Of a stretch of 20,000 bases of DNA, positions 16,951-20,000 are shown in pieces. The position numbers were made by a program, and so were the translations under genes. The notes beneath the pieces are model-generated. The model was not told the origin of the DNA. It worked only from the letters and a program-made list of their open reading frames with translations, and ran no database searches. The stretch is taken from the IMG/VR virus record IMGVR_UViG_3300023174_000139; one strand, 5' to 3'. Numbering within the stretch: the first letter of the stretch is position 1; every line of letters begins with the position of its first letter. Source of the DNA: an uncultured virus (IMG/VR IMGVR_UViG_3300023174_000139) (Duplodnaviria > Heunggongvirae > Uroviricota > Caudoviricetes).

Positions 16951-17820
16951 TTAAACTAAAGTTGAGAGTATTTCTTCCTTATCAAAGGCTTGCGTTATAT
17001 TGTAATTACATTGGTGCGGTAAACCAGCGAATTCTTTTTCCATTATTATTCCATCAATATTATGAGTAAATATCTTAGATTGATCTTTAGCGATGATATT
17101 TTTATGTATATTATAGCCCAATTTATCTGGGGAAGTACCAATCCAGCATACAGTAGAAGGAAGCATTAAAGCTGCTGACGCGTGTTGAGCAAATGAATCT
17201 ATTAATAATCTTTTTTCAGTTAAGCCAAGTAAACAAAAAAGTTCTCTAAAGTGGGTGTCAATTTTTTCAGTATTTTCGTAGCCAACTTGATCTCTTCGTC
17301 CAATATGAAATATATGATATTCATCTTTTAATGAATCAATTATATCTTTAACTAAAAAGTCTGGAAGATCTCTTGACCAATTATAGTTTGGACCTTCATT
17401 TCCTCCACCATTAGTTTGAATAATGATAGATTTTTTATTTCTATTGTATTTTCTTCCTGTATCAATTAATTCTGCATAATTTAAAAATAATCTAGGATTT
17501 TCTCCAGTATATTTTAATCCAAACATATTGCACCATGATTCTATTAAATGTTTATTTTCTACTACATATTCATTACTTTGATATACTTCATTTCCTAAAA
17601 ATATAACATCTTTATTTTTAATAAAATCTTCATAAAAATATTGAGCACTATTTGATCTATAAATTCTGTAGATAAAGGGGTTATTAACAAAAACTTCTGG
17701 ATAAGGACAAATTACTATTAATTTTCTATCTGGATAATTTTTATTTATATTTTCTGCTACGGCGGTTGCTGCAATATGTTTGCCTATGCCACCTTGAAGA
17801 AAGAAAATTACTGTTTTCAA
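16951..17820 (-). CDS. Glycosyltransferase, GT-B fold, GT9 (ADP-heptose:LPS heptosyltransferase)-like (289 aa)
   Basis: N-terminal 'VIFFLQGGIGKHIAATAV...YPDRKLIV...YPEVF.NNPFI', central 'IIIQTNGG...WSRDLP', and C-terminal 'LLIDSFAQHASAALMLPSTVCWIGTSP..GY..H.NI', which matches the GT9 'DSG..H.AAA...P.V.LFG.T.P' signature. TTG start. Confidence 0.75.
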   Translation of the reverse strand: MKTVIFFLQGGIGKHIAATAVAENINKNYPDRKLIVICPYPEVFVNNPFIYRIYRSNSAQYFYEDFIKNKDVIFLGNEVYQSNEYVVENKHLIESWCNMFGLKYTGENPRLFLNYAELIDTGRKYNRNKKSIIIQTNGGGNEGPNYNWSRDLPDFLVKDIIDSLKDEYHIFHIGRRDQVGYENTEKIDTHFRELFCLLGLTEKRLLIDSFAQHASAALMLPSTVCWIGTSPDKLGYNIHKNIIAKDQSKIFTHNIDGIIMEKEFAGLPHQCNYNITQAFDKEEILSTLV

Positions 17821-17880
17821 TTTATTTATTATATAATAACACCATAATAATATCTATTAATTGTTATTTAAAATATAATA

Positions 17881-18015
17881 TTAATACATTAAATAAATTG
17901 GTGGTGGCACATTATTTTGACCAATAACAAAAGAACCTAAAGAAATAGAGCTAAAATTATTAGGAAATGGATAAGTCATGCTAGTAGCTGTTAATGTTGT
18001 AGATTGAAGATTCGC
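17881..18015 (-). pseudogene. Small ORF or gene relic (ATG 17979-17881: MTYPFPNNFSSISLGSFVIGQNNVPPPIYLMY)
   Basis: A 32-codon ORF not in the ORF track. The frame stays open upstream (ANLQSTTLTATS) to a TAG at 18016-18018. It has coding-like composition within the largest intergenic gap and lies downstream of a GTGTAA motif. Confidence 0.4.
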
Positions 18016-18037
18016 CTAATTCGCGATATAACAAATA

Positions 18038-18043
18038 TTACAC
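18038..18043 (-). promoter_or_regulatory. GTGTAA motif (putative late promoter) upstream of the relic ORF / glycosyltransferase
   Basis: The minus strand reads TATAGTGTGTGTAATATTTG. Confidence 0.5.
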
Positions 18044-18102
18044 ACACTATATAATATATATTTTAATTAAAAATAGAGCGCTTATGTATATTACATAATA
18101 TA

Positions 18103-18870
18103 TTACTGAACATCTAAAAGCCAATGCGTTGATTGAAGAATTGCGGAAGGGGTGGCAGATGGAGCAGAAGATGAATTTGAGGCTTGAATTTCTGGCCCAA
18201 AACGATTTGAGCTTGTAGAATTAGTCGGCCCACCAGTTAGCGTCAGCAAGGGAGTCTGCCCTATGTTTATAGCTGGATTGGTTTGTGAGTCTGCCCCATA
18301 CAAAAAGATGTTCCCTGCGCCGTCAGATTCTATTACCACGCCAAAAAATCTATTGTCGGATGCGACAAGTCCAAAGCCATTTGTTAGTGTTGTGTAGGAT
18401 GTTGGAGTTAAGTAAGAACCATTATATCCAATCAATCGAGCTTGAATTACGCTAGACTGTAATGCAAATTCAGCACCAAAACCTTTTACGGTAAGCCCAT
18501 TAACGCCAGCAAGCGGAGCGTCGGTAGAGTTTCCTGTACCACCAAATACAATTCTAATGACAGAGTTTGTGCTAGCAATGTACATCATCCCTCCAATTGA
18601 AAATCTTATTCGTTTGCTGTAATCAATAATACCAGCAGATGCCGTCATAAACGCAGCAGTTGGGTCAAAATATCCAACTTTTGATGTACCAGATGCAGAG
18701 CTTCCAGCATTAAGATTGATATTCATCCCAGCAGTATTTCCAAAAGCTGCAACTCCACCTGTTCCAGTAACTTTTGAGTATCCGCCAGCAATTCCGACTC
18801 TATACATTTTCATTCTGCCAGCGGCAAAAATGAAGTTATCAATATTGCTTGGATTTTTTGTGAGAGGCAT
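18103..18870 (-). CDS. Gly/Ser/Ala-rich beta-type protein (255 aa), possible lectin-like receptor-binding or decoration protein
   Basis: Clean ATG ORF with AGGA upstream and alternating beta-strand patterns. GC is markedly higher than in its neighbours. No family recognised. Confidence 0.65.
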   Translation of the reverse strand: MPLTKNPSNIDNFIFAAGRMKMYRVGIAGGYSKVTGTGGVAAFGNTAGMNINLNAGSSASGTSKVGYFDPTAAFMTASAGIIDYSKRIRFSIGGMMYIASTNSVIRIVFGGTGNSTDAPLAGVNGLTVKGFGAEFALQSSVIQARLIGYNGSYLTPTSYTTLTNGFGLVASDNRFFGVVIESDGAGNIFLYGADSQTNPAINIGQTPLLTLTGGPTNSTSSNRFGPEIQASNSSSAPSATPSAILQSTHWLLDVQ

Positions 18871-18879
18871 CGTCTGTTC

Positions 18880-19410
18880 CTAATTAACTTGCGTCGCTCT
18901 AGCTGTGCCTGCCGTAGCAAATATTGCTGCATGAGGAAGCGAAATTTGTCCATCTGGAGCTTCCCAATAATCTCCAGCACTTAAACGAACTTGATATCCA
19001 CTCGTTGTAACTCCTGTTCCAGCAGAAATATGTAAATTTCCAGGGCCTTCATTGAATACTGTAAAAGCCTCTCTATCAGCATTACCAGAAGCAATAATAG
19101 TAGATGAAAGACCAGTGAAATTACTAGATATTACTAATCCTTGAACAGGAACATCATAATATATTTGCAATTTATCATCATTAGACATTGAGGTTGTATT
19201 ATAACCCAATAAAAATCCGCTAGTTGAATTAACTACTCCTGTGGTCGCTGAATCTGCGAAATTGTATATTATTTGTCCTTTGCTTACGTTAGTAATCAAT
19301 AATAGGTTTTCAATAGATACTGGATTTTGAGGTCCATAAAAAAGTGGTGGAAAATTAACAATTCTGCTACTAGCTAAAAATTGATATCCTGATGGTATTA
19401 GTTTTTTCAT
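18880..19410 (-). CDS. Hypothetical virion-associated protein (176 aa), apparently two-domain
   Basis: The N-terminal half 'LLLITNVSKGQIIYNFAD...NTTSMSNDDKLQIYYD' resembles a domain I recall from phage fibre-associated proteins. The C-terminal half 'NADREAFTVFNEGPGNLHI...YQVRLSAGDYWE' looks like a separate small beta-sandwich. Confidence 0.65.
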   Translation of the reverse strand: MKKLIPSGYQFLASSRIVNFPPLFYGPQNPVSIENLLLITNVSKGQIIYNFADSATTGVVNSTSGFLLGYNTTSMSNDDKLQIYYDVPVQGLVISSNFTGLSSTIIASGNADREAFTVFNEGPGNLHISAGTGVTTSGYQVRLSAGDYWEAPDGQISLPHAAIFATAGTARATQVN

Positions 19411-19425
19411 ATATGTTTAAATAGA

Positions 19426-19431
19426 TTACAC
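19426..19431 (-). promoter_or_regulatory. GTGTAA motif (putative late promoter)
   Basis: The minus strand reads ATAAAAGGTGTAATCTATTTAAACATATATG, within a 29-nt intergenic gap. Confidence 0.6.
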
Positions 19432-19439
19432 CTTTTATA

Positions 19440-20000
19440 TTATAGGGCTATAGCATATGCTATGGCTAATTTTTTTGCATTTTCTATTTGAGTATTTAAA
19501 TTAGACCCAGTTGAAGCAAGATCAACTGTTGTTGCATAAGGAGTTAAATTAACTCCAGTTAATACTGCATTTCCATTTACAAAAAGTCCACTAGTAAAAT
19601 TACCACTTCCATAAACTGTAAAATTATTACCAGAAATAACTAAAAAGTCACCTTGCGCCGAATCACCAAATGTTGCATCTTGTATGAAAGTTTTAGTTCC
19701 AGAGATAGTTTGATTTCCTGTTGTGAAAACAATATTACTACTTGAGGAATTTATGTAACCGCTTAGGTTATTGATATTCGTTTGTAGCGTCGAACCAGTC
19801 AAAGCAACGTTCGAAATAGTAGCGTAGGTGTTGCTTAGGTTATTGATATTCGTTTGTAGCGTCGAACCAGTCAAAGCAACGTTCGAAATAGTAGCGTAGG
19901 TGTTGCTTAGGTTATTGATATTCGTTTGTAGCGTCGAACCAGTCAAAGCAACGTTCGAAATAGTAGCGTAGGTGTTGCTTAGGTTATTGATATTCGTTTG
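19440..20000 (-). CDS. C-terminal part of a repeat-containing fibre-like protein (start lies beyond the window)
   Basis: The frame is open to the window edge; the TTG at 19946 is a Leu inside a repeat. It has 24-aa coiled-coil-like repeats TGSTLQTNINNLSNTYATISNVAL, a fibre-type 'VFTTGNQTISGTKTF' motif, and a hydrophobic end 'AIAYAIAL'. Confidence 0.75.
   Translation of the reverse strand, partial: QTNINNLSNTYATISNVALTGSTLQTNINNLSNTYATISNVALTGSTLQTNINNLSNTYATISNVALTGSTLQTNINNLSGYINSSSSNIVFTTGNQTISGTKTFIQDATFGDSAQGDFLVISGNNFTVYGSGNFTSGLFVNGNAVLTGVNLTPYATTVDLASTGSNLNTQIENAKKLAIAYAIAL
19761..20000. repeat. Perfect 72-bp tandem repeat, at least 3.3 copies, running off the window
   Basis: The unit gcttaggttattgatattcgtttgtagcgtcgaaccagtcaaagcaacgttcgaaatagtagcgtaggtgtt starts at 19761, 19833, 19905 and 19977, with no mismatches seen. 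Confidence 0.95.

Noticed and set aside
19761..20000. Repeat array as a CRISPR locus
   Set aside because: The units are contiguous and identical with no unique spacers. The period is a multiple of 3 and lies inside an open reading frame.
1..20000. Alternative genetic code (TAG or TGA reassignment)
   Set aside because: Coding density is very high under code 11, with uninterrupted long ORFs, and TGA is used as a stop in coupled overlaps.
1..20000. tRNA/rRNA genes, introns, inteins, IS elements, DGR template or variable repeats
   Set aside because: Intergenic gaps are too short and AT-rich. I recognised no cloverleaf, intein motifs, transposase, reverse transcriptase or adenine-variable repeat pair by eye.

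Overview
AT-rich (roughly 28-30% GC by eye) segment of a large tailed dsDNA phage (Caudoviricetes), covering the neck and tail morphogenesis region. It is probably siphovirus-like, since no sheath gene is seen here. The minus strand reads, from the right: a repeat-containing fibre-like protein, two small accessory virion-type genes, a GT9/GT-B-like glycosyltransferase, four neck/tail-completion genes, the major tail tube protein, a strong terminator, two small ORFs, two large ORFs in the tail-assembly-chaperone position and a 2256-aa tape measure protein (TMP). The plus strand carries a lambda-J-like tail tip protein (5' end outside the window) and a 492-aa hypothetical gene, whose stop abuts the TMP stop in convergent orientation. 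The most interesting signals are: (1) the TMP is divided by four G[FL][IV]PNF motifs into cassette-like segments, one carrying an E...D...DxK PD-(D/E)xK nuclease-like signature, which suggests injected cargo or a polyprotein; (2) a GTGTAA motif sits in six intergenic regions, always on the coding strand just upstream of a gene (probable phage late promoter); (3) a high-GC gene sits next to a small relic ORF, suggesting recent cassette replacement; (4) perfect 72-bp tandem repeats run off the window end. All functional calls come from motif recognition and gene order, without database searches.
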